64,000 nt of DNA from Oculina patagonica. Lineage: Eukaryota. Below the pieces are notes generated by a model that did not search any database, was not told where the DNA came from, and saw nothing but the letters and a program-made list of their open reading frames with translations. This document shows positions 1-12,525 of the stretch, one piece after another. Position 1 is the first letter of the stretch. The number at the start of each line of letters is the position of its first letter. The position numbers were made by a program, and so were the translations under genes. Location of the stretch: the NCBI RefSeq assembly GCF_052425735.1, contig NC_135763.1:15128001-15192000 (forward strand). The letters are read 5' to 3'.

Positions 1-398
1 TACTGTTCAGCGAATTAAAGCACAGGCACTATTATTTCAGTCCATTTTTGTTCTGTTTTTTTTTTTTGTTTCTTTGTTCGTTGTTGTTTTTTTTGGAAAA
101 ATTCACTTTCTCTCCAGCCATCGTTCCGCATTACGGGGGAGCTTCCCTTTTTCCTCTAGGAACAGACCCCTCTTTGTATAAGAGACAGGCTACAAAGAGT
201 TATTTCCGCGACTGTTAGGCAAGTAGTCTCCTTCGCCCGCACAGCCGTTTGGGGGATGTCACGCAACGCTGTCTTTGGGGGAGGGTTGCGTGACATCCCA
301 CTGACGGGCTTTATAGGGAAGCCACTGCCATTGGGCCGGTATTTCTGTACGACACCCAGCATCCTTTAATTTGAAAGAGTCATCATAACGCTTAAGTC

Positions 399-2290
399 AT
401 GGCTGCGGAGTGCTATCAGGAAAGTTCCCTTAGTGTACAAATGGAAAGCGGTAAACTGTTCATACGAACGGACGTGATACCACAACCTGGAGACGCCATC
501 TTGGATTTAGGCTGTGGTACCGGTGAGCTATCTGCGTACATTGCTGAGCTCGTAGGACCGAAGGGATATGTTGTTGGCGTCGATCCTGACATGAATCGAC
601 TTCAATTGGCTCGAGAAGCTCATAATGGGGTGAAAAACCTCTCTTTTGCCAAAGGGAATTCAGATAACTTCGAAGGTATGGGCTCTGAAAAGTACGACAT
701 AATTTTCCTGAATCATGTGTTTCACTGGATTCCAAACAAGCACCAGGCGCTGAAAAACATATTCAGCAGTTTAAAAACAGGCGGAAAAATTGCCATGCAA
801 TACGCGGACGCCTTGTCTCCCTTTGAAGAGAGCGTGATGGACGAGTTAAACCCTGAGACTAAAGAACAAATTACGATGACCTTTCACGGTATTGGGCAGT
901 GGCGTAGCCAGGGGAGGGTTCCAGGGGTTCCGGAACCCCCCCTTCGGGATATCGCAATAGCTAATTCAAGAGAAAAAATATTATTAGAACCCCCCTTTAA
1001 TTCCGCCAGATTAGAAAAATGAAATTTTTGAGAAAATAAAATGAAATCTATAAAGTATCACCTTGTGTTTACAATTACAAAATTTCAACATGGCTACCAC
1101 CACAGCGAGAAAAGCAGACATCGAGCCCTCTATGCCACGCGTTGTTGGTCGGCAACAGCACCGAAGCAATGTTGAAGCAGAATCACCCAAGGAGTACTAC
1201 AAAAGAGCGCTTACAATTCCTCTGCTAGATCACCTTATCTCTGAGATGGATTTATACTTCGACCCAAACAATGATGCTGTGATGTCTTCCCTCCTGTACG
1301 TACTACCAGCCTTGCTTGTTTCTCAAAAAGGAAACCCTGTGCAAGCTGCCATCCAGTACTATGCAGATGATCTACCATCACCCCAAGTTGCAGATGTGGA
1401 GCTTGCCTGTTGGCGGCGAAAGTGGCTAAGTGCGGATTAAGACCTACCAAAAAGTGCAGTTCAGGCCTTGGCAGAATGTGACAGCGATTTTTATCCAAAT
1501 GTGCACAAGTTGCTGCGCATCTTGTGTACGTTGCCAATTACTTCTGCAGAATGTGAGCGATCGTTCAGCACATTGCGCAGACTAAAGACATACCTGCGGG
1601 TTACAATGACCAGCGAGCGAGAGTCAGGACTTGCTCTTATGAACATACATTACAACAGACAAATTGACATTAGTGCAACAGTCGACATTTTTGCACGGAA
1701 GCATCCACGGCGCCTACTTCTGGCTGATATACTAGCTGACTAGTGAGTGACGGTACGCCGGGAGTGAATGGTACGCCGGAAAAATTACCTGATACGCGGG
1801 ATTTTGAGCTTCCCTTCTAAGAAATACTAGCTTCAATTGACGCTAAAATTGCTAAAAATTTATGCTTAGAATCAAGGAGATGCCATTTCTGGGGACCGCA
1901 AATTTCGGACCCCTCTAGAGGAGGGGCGCCTCCGGCGCTCAGTTTTACCTTCACAATTACAATTCACATTTGGAACCCCCCTATACAAAAATCCTGGCTA
2001 CGAGGGTAGATGTGGATCGCTTGTGCGTGACAGTCGGATTTGACGTCTTAAAAAGCTACTACAGCAATGACGACACGCTTGTATTTCAAAGTCTTGAGGA
2101 TCTTCTGAAGTGGTTTTGGTCATCTTCACACGGAGTGTTTGATCTACAACTTGTAACACAAGAAAGAATACAACGGTTTTTAAGTAGGGTTGGAAATCCA
2201 CCCTTCGACTTCTCAGCGGGTTCTGTTGATAGTAGGCTAGTTGCTGTGAAACCAAAAGACTATGTCAATGCCATGAATAAACCGCTCTGA
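399..2290 (+). pseudogene. Intronless class I SAM-dependent methyltransferase interrupted by a hAT insertion (CDS parts 399-896 and 2003-2290; 261 aa if rejoined)
   Basis: Motif I ILDLGCGTG, plus VGVD and YDIIF..HVFHW. Removing 897-2002 gives a continuous frame ...TFHGIG|RVDVDRLC...KPL*. Confidence 0.85.
897..2002 (+). mobile_element. Internally deleted, non-autonomous hAT DNA transposon (THAP12/ZMYM1-like transposase C-terminus)
   Basis: Left TIR CAGTGGCGTAGCCAGG (897-912); partial right TIR CCTGGCTACG (1993-2002). ORFs 1063-1440 and 1468-1743 are in one frame separated by TAA and encode the hAT dimerization motif (LPITSAECERSFSTLRRLKTYLR). Confidence 0.9.
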
Positions 2291-2346
2291 ACATTGGTAA
2301 TTTTAATCAATTGATCAAAACCCTGAAGCTGGTAATATAAACTTAC

Positions 2347-2992
2347 CACTTTCTAAAGGGGTTACTGTGTTTTATTTGTTTGTCCTGGTTACAAAGGAAT
2401 ATGTGAGTATAAATTTTAAATCAATATGGATTTTTCGATTTCATATTTGACAGATGGTTCGTCGTTCGCAGATTTCCGAGAAAAATGCGGATATAACTTA
2501 AAATCTACCCGATCATATTAAAGTTGTGGCAGGCTGGTATTATGCCTTGAAATTCCCGATCATGAAGGTTTCAAGTTAATATGCGACCTTTCGATCAAGT
2601 CTTCTATCAAAAACAACAGTCCGAGCAGTTTTTATATTCGAGGACTGTACTAAATTAAATGCAACAACACGCCACGGCAAGAAATACATTACTGCCTTTC
2701 CCTCTTGTATTAAATTTGATGGAATATCATACTGAATATAAAAATCTAATAATATAACAATAAAAATGATATACTATAAACAGAAATCGACTTGCTACGG
2801 TGCTGCTTTGTTATAAAGAGCAATGAATAGCGTCTAGCTTTCAAGAACGTTATTCAAAAGGGATGAAAGTACGCAAACCATCCACAAATGTTGTTGTACG
2901 TGATTTACTCACATGTTGTGCGGTCTTTTGCTCTTGCGGGTGTTTTTACTGAACAGGTTTACTTTACAAAACGGACTGCAGCAGTTTCCCAT
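2347..2992 (-). CDS. Putative 5' exons of a gene starting MGNCCS (predicted myristoylation/palmitoylation); exons 2992-2913, 2603-2588(?), 2384-2347; continues leftwards
   Basis: ATG GGA AAC TGC TGC AGT; donor AT|GTGAGT after 2913; 38-nt exon flanked by TTTGTAACCAG and GTAAGT. A 16-nt microexon with a weak donor is needed to keep the frame. N-terminus resembles the gene at 8364. Confidence 0.35.
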
Positions 2993-4222
2993 CTTGACGA
3001 ATTTGATGTTCAGGATATGCAGTAGTGTAGCAGCTCTTGTAAGCTTCTAATGAAGCGTTCAAGCGTGGTTCTCCTCACTCCACAAACTTATAAATGCATT
3101 ACGGAAAGACTATGGCGGAAATAAATATGTAAATCATCAGGACCCAAACTAAATCAGAGGCCGGAGGCCAGTTCATCATCGAAACCTTCAGACCTCCCCC
3201 CTCAGTGGTCGCGTCGGAAAGAACACAACCACTGCCAGTTAGGCAGACATGATGAGGGATTAGAGGCCCAGAGTTTCTATGCTGCTCGGGAGGCATATAT
3301 CCCCTTATGTTCGGAATACATGTTTCTTTGATTACCATTATAAACTAGACGTATTAACAAACCCTGCCAATGGTCTCCATTCTCCTGGTGACCACGTGAC
3401 ACACTCTGGGAGATGTCAGGGGCATGCATGTTTTTTTCCCGACAATTTTACAGATTCACGTTATTATAAAAGCCCTCTACACTTTTAGGTTATCTTTAAC
3501 AAATTTGATAGATCTAAAAACAAGCAGCAGATTTCATTTTTTTCTAATTCCGGATTTTTCTAAACATTAAGATAGTAAATGTTTTTAGACAAGTATGATA
3601 CAGACTTTGCAAGGCAGGCCTTTACGGTTCTGTTGGCTACAAGTAGTATAAGTAGTATATTATACAAATATTAAATATATATAGTTATCACTTACCAAGA
3701 GCATATTGGCCCAACTTTTTGTTTTTAATTTTTTTCACTGGGATTACGGCAATGTCGATATCTTACATGGTAACAGCCCCACTGGCCTCCCCCCCAATCA
3801 ATGTTGCTATGAATTGGCGAACACTAAAATGAACTGTAATCTTTCGTTAATTGTCTCAACAGTTTTGACCGGGGTTGAAGGTCTTGACAGTACGGATCGA
3901 GGACAGATATTCACCTATAAATGACTGAAAAAGATTTGTATGGATGTTAAAGGAAAGTTGAAAGGATAAGGGGATTCTGAACGAGATTCTGAACGTGGAG
4001 CCAACGGGTGTTTCGGTCGTAAAAAAAGAATGTCCTAACGTTGTTGAACAAACCAATTAAAAATTACGAGAGGGTCTTTCATGCGAATCAAGTTTAATTG
4101 TTAGATTGCATCAGTGCGGGATCTTTCGGGACAATACCCGGTCCAATACTTAGAAAATATTTGACCGGCAATGGAGCAATCTGATTGGCTGATTTTAGTA
4201 ACTGGCCCTCTTAGCTGTCTTA

Positions 4223-4644
4223 AGGCCATGTTACACGGCGCCATTTTTCCTGCAACTTGCAACGCAACAAACGTTGCGTTGCAAGTTGCAGGAAAAAAAT
4301 TGCACGTGTATCATCCCATTTTCGCAACCTGCAATGCAACAAATTGTAACGTTGCAAGTTGCAGAAAAAGTTGAACTATCCTCTACTTTTCGCAACGTTG
4401 CGAGAAAAGTTGCTGCGTGTAACGTATCAAGCGCAACCTGCAACGCGTTTGTGTTGTAATCAGCCAATGATAGCACTTAGAGCCAATCGTTACCGCTGAG
4501 ATTTTAACTATTCAGCGGGTGCATTGCAAGTTACAAACCAAAAATTGCGCTGGTGTGACACCTCCTCTGCAACTTGCAATGTTTTTGTAGTCGTCGTCGT
4601 AGCGTTGCAAGTTGCAGGAAAAACTGTTTCGTGTAACATGGCCT
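4223..4644. mobile_element. PIF/Harbinger-type MITE
   Basis: TIRs AGGCCATGTTACACG...CGTGTAACATGGCCT, TTA on both flanks, internal TGCAAC/GTTGCA repeats. Confidence 0.85.
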
Positions 4645-5352
4645 TTAGTCGTAATAAAGTTCCATTCTGGTAGTGGATTATTATTTGTTGTGACAATTGC
4701 TAAGTGTCTGCACTGGAGGAACAAAAAAGCTCAGGAACTCGATGTAAACTGTTTATTATATACGTGTTCAAAGCAACATCCTAACCTAACGGATCCTTAC
4801 ATAATTATGGTGTCTTAAAATTGGCATCTAAAAACGGCATCCACTTTACTACCCACCACAGTCAAAAACATGGTTTCAAAATCACAGCAAACATCCTTCT
4901 ATCAATTTATTTACATTTATACTCTCCTTGCGTTACGAGCTTTGCCGCTAAAATACAGTACTTGGGTTCCATATGGTTTGAGAACTAGTTCAGTCAACGT
5001 TCAATTCCCTCTATCAGACGCGCCTGTAGGGTTCATGGTATTTGTATTCAACTTTGCAAAGTCTTGGCTGTTTTTGTTAAAACAACTACCTTAATTAGAT
5101 GCAAAAGCGTTTCATAGAAGAAACTGATTATTGGCAGAGACCCTTATGGATTTCTGGTATCGGTGACACATTCCTTAATATTTGACTACAAAACTGTTTA
5201 TTTTCTTTGCTAATGTTTTTGAACGGACTCTGTACAATAGAAGTACTTTTTTGATAAGCAGAGCAGCAACTATTAAACAAAAACTTAAAACCACAAGGGT
5301 ATAGTAACCGAGCAACTTTTTCCAGAACTTCACGAGTTGAAATTATGATCTG

Positions 5353-8300
5353 CTAGTACAAGAAACGATCCCAGTGGCTTTTCTGTTGCTCGCGAGGAGT
5401 ATCCGTGATCATGCCTTGGTTTGTACGCCCCTCTTGGGCATTATTTACAATCGCTTTGAGCTCTTCAAGGACCCTGTCATCTCTAGAATAATAGTTAAAT
5501 TCCGTTCGCTGATACTTGACATTCAATTTAAGAGGAGGCGGATATTTCACATCGTAGCACCTGCAAAAGATCCGAAGAAAGTCTTATAGAAGAATTGTCA
5601 CTGAATTTTATCGTGAGACAATACACACTGTTCTGTACCCTTTCAGGCAGGAATACCCAAGTATCATGTCAGTTTACAATCCCGGCAGAAAGTGAACAAT
5701 ACATAAGCAGCAAACTTCTTGTCACTCATGTTATGATACGTTTAATGCCATTATCTTGACTATGTAACGCTTTTGGACTCTGATAACGATATGAGGCAAT
5801 TTCAAAATAGGCAATTTAAACACGTACTCTGTACAAAACAAGCAAGCTGATTTTACACTAGAGACGGACAAATCGTCTAAGACGGATAAGTCGTCTCAGT
5901 GTGTAAACGGGACGAACACATCTGATCGCTAGCTTTTTTTGATGCGAGTGGATTAAACCATAGAATGACTGATTAATTGATTGAAGAGTTTGAAGAATGA
6001 CACATTGCATGAATCGGGTATTTCCGGCGCGCAAAATGTTAGTGCGAGGGCCGGCGACAACAACTATGTAAATTATCTTTGCGGGAAAATCGCGGACAAT
6101 CCAGGCTGGGAAAGATAGGCCCATCTTGCCCGCTTGGGTACTCAATCCCAACATAGGGTTTAGCTCATCTTGGCAGCTCTCGCGGAGTCACCCGAGTCAG
6201 GAAAAGCTGAAAACTGATTTAAATGAGGACTAATCATACACCTACTCTGTGCAATAAATTCCTTGGCCACGGTGACGATCAACGTCGCGGAAACATTCGC
6301 AACATTTCCCTGTCTTTAAACTATAGCATCTGACGATAAAGAAAAACAAAAAATTTAAATATTTACATTGTTGCTAATAGAACTTTTAGTCATATTCGAC
6401 CTAATTCCTGTATGGAATTTGCATACCACATAAGTGTTTATGTATAAATAAAGCACTAATCATTCAGAACATAACATTATATACATGTACAGTATTGCCT
6501 TATCCAAACATATTAATTTTTTACCAAAAGTAAACATTTATAATCAATTTTGAAACTAAGAACCTGTTTCCACATTTTAGGCTTAATAGGTTCTTATAAA
6601 GAGGGGGTCTAATTTGCAAATTTTAACCTTACAGGTTCTTACTCGCGGGTTTTTACTGTATATGGTTTTACTTATAATCCCATTTTAAAAACTCACTCTC
6701 ACTTTATTTTGGCGGGAATTAATTTTAAGTGGTAGTCGAGTGCTTGCATTAAAATGTAGCGTGATTTGACAGCCGTAAAATTTGTCAACGCCTCCACGAG
6801 ATCTTTTTCAAACTTTTCCTATTGGCTTTTTTAACTAACAAGAAACTTAATTACTTACGAACGAAATTACTCTTCTGAGCTAGGCTGAAATTAAACTTAA
6901 TATTATAGCTTATCTTTGTGAAATATTTCAACTAAAGTTGTCCGACGTTTCGATGTAAACTGTTGATTATACGATATATATGTGAACACCCAAATAACCG
7001 ATGTGAGGCAGATGCTCCTATATTAAATCTGTTTAAAATAAACTATTAACGCATAGAGAGAAGAGGCCATGTCGTGGATGACTTACATTAAAATTTGCTT
7101 GGGTTACTTTAGCGCAAATGCAAATGCAAATATTGAAAGCGCAAATGCAATTATTGAAGAACGTTGGCACTGCAGCTTTGCAATCCAAAATCGTCCTAAA
7201 TTTGGTAGATTAGCCGTTAAAACTCTCATTGCTGCCTTGTTGATCATTTATCCTTACCTGGCTTAATACCATTTTAGGCCGGGGTCAGAGATTTTTACCA
7301 GCGAAATGGCCAGTTCAAATTACTAATGCATCTGTTGCATCGAGTGTCCGGTTCTTAGAAATTAATTAACATGTAGAAGTTTGCTTTTCGTACACTTGGT
7401 GCATTGGCCTATATAGCCTGTGTGTGTGGCCGCACTACAAAATGATATTAAAGTACCCTTACAAAGACTGATGCTGCCGGAGCAAAGACTATTCTAGTTT
7501 CTAGTATCAATAGTTCGACGTTCACGATGCGTAAAATTTGATCGGCAGAAATATTAATGATGAAGGCAGGTAAAAATAGCACATTACTGACTGAGGTATT
7601 AAAGCCTTTTTGAATTGTAACTGAGTAAACAAAACAGCAAGACTATGAAATTCTCGGAAATGTTGCACAACTCAAGGAAATATAAGCTGGAAATTGTTTT
7701 CAATAAATCTTTCCCCTTGTATATTCCCTGCTACATGTAAGAAAGACTTGCAAGGCTAGAACAAAACATCTTCAAACTGAAGTAAAACAAACGTTTCCGC
7801 TAGAATCCAAGTGTTGAGCGAGGGTCAGGCTAACTTGACCATTTCGGAGAAATTTAACGCCGTTGTTTTTTAACTTTGTGTAAATTCGATTTCGTTCTTA
7901 GCAACTGACATAAGCACATGAAGCTCCATCTCGATCTGAGAATTCAGCAGAAAAAATGACGGTCAGCAGAGGGGTTGCGAATGGGTGTTTCGTGTACCTG
8001 CGGTACCCTATTTAACAGCGTAAGAAATATCCGATTTCGATTGCGAAACTTTCACGAGTCTCGAACGCCATTCAAAAATACAGTCGAGTTCCGAATTGAG
8101 TTTTCGCATCCTGACTTTCAGCCAAGTTACATTTATGGGGTTGACACTTCCAGGGGTCTTTTCTTTCGGAAATTCCCCGCTGGTGAGTAAACCACTCCAC
8201 GTAACGGCTTCTTTCTAAAGCACTAGTTGCGTCGGTCAGGTCAAAGGACAACAAATCTAATGGACATAAGAAGTGAGAAGCATTCGGCGATATACAAACC

Positions 8301-8364
8301 TGTTGCAGTACTTTCCGCTTTTAACACTCACTTTACAGTCACGATTACTGCATTTGTTTCCCAT
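5353..8364 (-). CDS. Small (118 aa) N-myristoylated Cys-rich protein with two C4 zinc-finger-like motifs; exons 8364-8300, 6329-6246, 5560-5353
   Basis: Canonical GT-AG introns, both phase 2, join to MGNKCSNRDCKVSVKSGKYCNRCYSLKTGKCCECFRDVDRHRGQGIYCTECYDVKYPPP...HWDRFLY*. Each junction falls inside a YCxxCY motif that exists only after splicing. Confidence 0.7.
6545..6658 (-). mobile_element. Truncated, diverged copy of the Tc1/mariner-type MITE at 8809-9297
   Basis: Reverse complement reads TACAGTAAAAACCCGCGAGTAAGAACC, matching the 8809 terminus. Confidence 0.7.
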
Positions 8365-8808
8365 GTTACCTTTTATCTTTAGATTCCGCTCCAAATTTTA
8401 CTCTCTCCTTTTAGCGGAATACCTTGTTGGCTGGTGTTTGTCTTAGAACTGGGTCGGTTTGGTGATCTGAATACTATATTTGCGTCACGTTACGTCACGT
8501 TTAAAATATGAGAGAAGATGTTTTCGTCTCCAAGGCTACCCGTATTTCATTCTTGTCCTCAGAGCTGCTCGTTTTTCAGATGTCGTTTTTGTTTTTGATT
8601 CCATAGTCGAGGTAGGTTACGAATGAAAATATCGACCTCCTGCCCGTTCCCCACGAAGAACGGAAAAGCCCTGTGAACGAAGTTTGAAAAAATATTAGCA
8701 AAAAACAGTTACAAGAAGAGAGGATGAAACGTACAGATTAGACCGAGAATAAAGTTTGAGGGCTTATTTGTAGTTTTTTTTAGAATATGATATTTCCAGA
8801 GGCAACTA

Positions 8809-9297
8809 CAGTAAAAACCCGCGTATAAGAACCTGTTAGGCTAAAATTTCATTTTTAAGCACCCTTCACATAAGAACCATTTTAGGCTAAAATTCTAAAA
8901 CAGGTTCTTATTTTCAAAAAAGAAAAAATAATCTTCTCAAAAATATAGAATTAAAAAATCTTTTCAAAAATATATTTATAACACAGTCTGTACACATTAT
9001 AGTTACAGCATAGTTACAAGATTTATTGGGAATTATAGTGAAGGTTACAATATAGTTTTGATTTTAACGGAATCAGATTAAAATAGTATAGTATTTTGCT
9101 TACAGAAGCCTTCAAGAATACTGTTATTGGACATTAAAGAGCAGATCATTTACAAATTCTACTTTATTTCTTGAACAAAAGTTAAGAACCTAATTAAGAA
9201 CGCAGTAGGCCTAATTTTACACTAAATACCATTTATATAAGAACCTGTTTAGGCTTACTTGAAAAAAACCTAGGTTCTTATACGCGGGTTTTCACTG
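8809..9297. mobile_element. Tc1/mariner (pogo-like) MITE
   Basis: TIRs CAGTAAAAACCCGCGTATAAGAACC / GGTTCTTATACGCGGGTTTTCACTG with TA on both sides. Confidence 0.85.
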
Positions 9298-9493
9298 TAT
9301 CAACCCATAGGCCCTCGACAGAAAATTCTTTCAACCCGGGGGACCGCGCCTTTGTTCGCCCCGGACTACCCTTAGTCATACGCTCAAGCTCTTCCAAGAC
9401 ATTTTTAAAATCTGAAGACGAATTGAATTCAATGGTTCAATGATAACTTTACTACATTTCTTTTTTCCTGTCTACAGGATTTATCGCTGATTT

Positions 9494-11946
9494 TGTGACG
9501 AAAGGTTTTTGCTTGCTTTGTGTGTTTGAACCAACTTTTGAACTGTAACTGGAAACGCGTTGAACTTCACTGAAATATGACTCAAATACGGGGAACTTAA
9601 CTCGGTAGAGCACCCACTTGCTACGGAATCGAAGCCTCGTCACTAGCTTCTGTACACGGCGATCTAACTTCGAGGATCTTCAGTACTACAGACTTAAGGC
9701 TGAGACAGAACTTGGGTCCAACAGAAGTTTAATCTAACTCAGTTTGTAATCAAAGAAAGTTTTACAACGTAGCTCCTTATATATCGTAGATACAAATAAG
9801 GTGTTTACAATGTGAACAAAAGCTTTCTATTGAGTACAATAAATAAGGAAACGATTGCAATTACAAGAGCGAACTTATATCAACAGTAGGAAGTTTACAA
9901 AATTAAATACGAGAACTTAGATTAAAAATCATAACTTTAAAATTAGAATTAGCGAACTTAAATTAAGCTAAAACAAGCATAGGATATTAACTCAGAGACT
10001 CAAAGGACAGTGCAGAATGCAATGGAGTCGACAATTGAAAGTATTATGTTTTTGTTCGTGTTTTTTTTTTTGCTTTAGTTTACTTTCAATTAGACGTTGA
10101 AACACCACTTGTATTTCTTTCCGGGTTTTTCTTAAGCTAATCTTTGCAAACTTAGCACAACACCTTTGTTCATTTGAAACAAGATACTTTTGTTTTCCTT
10201 AAAAATGCCGTAGCATGATACTTTTGTTCGTTTTTGTTTTGTTTCACGGCGAACATCGAGAGCATTAGGCCTAGTTCAGACATCGTGCTCCTGCCGTGCC
10301 GAACTAAATTCAAGAATTAAGTTCGACAAAAGCACGGCAGAAGCACGGCGTCTAAATCAAACTTTTGAATTGAGTTCGGCAAAGCAATTTAGTTCGACAC
10401 GGCATGTCGTGCCGCACGACTCTGGCACGGCAGCGGTTCAAACATCGTGCTTTTGCCGCACCAAACCAAATTCATAAATTATATTAATGTATTTTGGCGG
10501 GATTACGTTCCCGCGAGGAGTTACGAGGAGACCCGAGAATAATTCTCCATTACGGAGTATGCGCACAACCTCGTTCCCAGGGCCTTCTCCGTTTTTAGCC
10601 GCCATTTTGAAAACGGAGAAGACCCTGGTGACGATGTTTTAACATCGTCACCAGTTGCATACTTAAAAAAATGCAAATTGAATTTTATTCTTGCCAGACG
10701 GCAAAAACCATGGCGACCAGCCAAAGGAATACAATGAATATTTTTCTGCTAAAAAGCACGTCGAAGATGTTTCATTCAACGAAGTCGATAACACTAATGA
10801 CAAGGAGCAGGGGGAAGAAGAACTAGCGGGTCTGAATCCGAAATAAGCAAGTTTTCGGAAACTAGTCGGGCAAACAAACAAACATTCGCCGTACTCGCAA
10901 AAGGAAAAGTTTTTTTCTGTTGCTTTTCTTTGAGTTTTTGCTGCAATTTGGAAAACGGCGCCATTTTTGTTGGATCACCGCTGACTAATTATTACGTAGA
11001 TTCAGTACTCCTGAATTTGGTACGACTCTGGCACGACGTCTGAATCAAAGTCGTGCTTCTGCCGTGCTACAGTCGAACCTAATTACAATTTAGTTCGGCA
11101 CGGCAGGAGCACGATGTCTGAACTAGGCCTTAGACTTCCTTTCAATAATATAAAGCCAATTATTTCACTTTAATCTAATTAATTTACGGTTTAAACTGCA
11201 CGAAAGAGGTTTCTCAAAAGTAAGGAACAAATCTAATCAAAAAACATCTCTTCAGAGGCGCAAAGTAAGTTGCCCTAGAAAGAGTATAGTACCACAAGGA
11301 GATCAAAGAGTTTTCTGAAACAAATATATATACCTTTGAGATCTTCATATGAAAGTAACGTAGATATGCTCCAGGTTTTACCTGGGGGTACAGTCAGGTG
11401 CTCCCCACCCCCTGCCCCTTCACAGAAATAATTAATAATTAATTGATATTAATTAATTAATTGGTGATTAAAAGTTTACACCATAGTGCTTTAGCGCTTG
11501 AGGGGTACGGTTTAGGGGTTTAGCGGACGACAGCCTCCACCAATCCATCACAATAGTGTATTCTGCACTAAACATGAAAAGCTTATTAAGATTTCTGGAA
11601 TTGGTTTGCTCAGCTAACTAACTAAGAGCGACCCTTAAATGAAAAGCAATATAACTTCATTAAGGAAAATAAGTTCAGCTGGCGAGCTTCCGTGGAAACT
11701 AACATAAAACCAGGAACTTTAAATAATGAGCGGAAAACTCAAAAGAATAAGTTACCGAGATATTTATGTAATAAATGAACTGCGGTTATGAACAAAGCTG
11801 CAGATGTACAGGTGTACAATTTCCAAACACACGACAAATGAATTTCTTCTTGGACAGGAACTAACTGTTGGTTTTTTGAAAGGTTTAAAATGCTGAATAA
11901 GGATAAACACAGAAATGACTGAAACATGGAAAATTCTCTCCTAACA
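9494..11946. mobile_element. Probable solo LTR (Gypsy-like), about 1.6 kb without the nested MITE
   Basis: TG...CA ends (TGTGAC...CTAACA); 4-bp TSD ATTT (9490-9493, 11947-11950); empty site visible in the paralogous exon; no ORF. Confidence 0.75.
10268..11129. mobile_element. PIF/Harbinger-type MITE nested in the solo LTR
   Basis: About 40-bp TIRs GGCCTAGTTCAGACATCGTGCTCCTGCCGTGCCGAACTAAATT, TTA TSD; contains a small hairpin repeat at ~10566-10640. Confidence 0.9.
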
Positions 11947-12209
11947 ATTTATTTGGACGTACAACCCTGCTTTCTACATAGCAGGATCAGTGCAGATTTT
12001 AACTGTTGGAATTCTATTCTTAACAAACTGTGACAAGCATGGTGACACCATTGCCATGAAGGACATTCATGTAGAAAAGTTGTTTGTTGCTGATAAAATT
12101 ACGGTCCATTGGAGACGAGTTCTTTTACAGAATCTTATAAATTGAACATGAACTACACTCGTGAATAAATTGACGGAAACACAAAGCGAAGATCGTCAAC
12201 ATCCAGGTA

Positions 12210-12525
12210 AAAATAAAAAAAAATAAAAAATAAATAAATATGTGTTTATAGTGGTCATGCACTTAGCTTCATATCTCAACGAGATAGCTAGTTTACAGGC
12301 ATGCCACTGAAACAGAGGAAACAAATAATTTATAAATGAACATAACAAGGTTAAAAATCCCAACTGGCAGGAGGCAGACCAGTTGGCTATAAACAAAGCG
12401 TGGTCGAGGATTTGAACTCGGGACAACCGAGAAACAAATCCAGCTAGTGGCAAGGGCAGGCCTCGAACCAGTGACCTCCGGATTGTAACATCAGCGCCCT
12501 AAACCACTCGGCCACGCTTGCCTCC
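12210..12525 (-). mobile_element. tRNA-derived SINE
   Basis: 5' GGAGGCAAGCG, A box TGGCCGAGTGG, B box GGTTCGAGGCC, body, T/A-rich tail. Absent from the paralogous segment near 23790. Confidence 0.85.

Larger units (their letters stand above)
9478..12110 (+). pseudogene. Remnant last exon of a third SLC16 paralog, split by a solo LTR (9478-9493 + 11951-~12110)
   Basis: Acceptor TTCCTGTCTACAG|GATTTATCGCTGATTT matches the exon-4 start at 23525. The exon resumes after 11946 with high identity to 23538-23700 and carries a 1-nt deletion. Confidence 0.85.

Noticed and set aside
399-896. Bacterial contamination or horizontal transfer of the methyltransferase
   Set aside because: Lack of introns alone is not evidence; composition is host-like and it carries a eukaryotic hAT insertion. 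A phylogeny would be needed.
6935-6965. Third hammerhead (minus strand CGAAACGTCGGACA)
   Set aside because: Only the GAAAC-GUC half is present; no CUGANGA or stem II.
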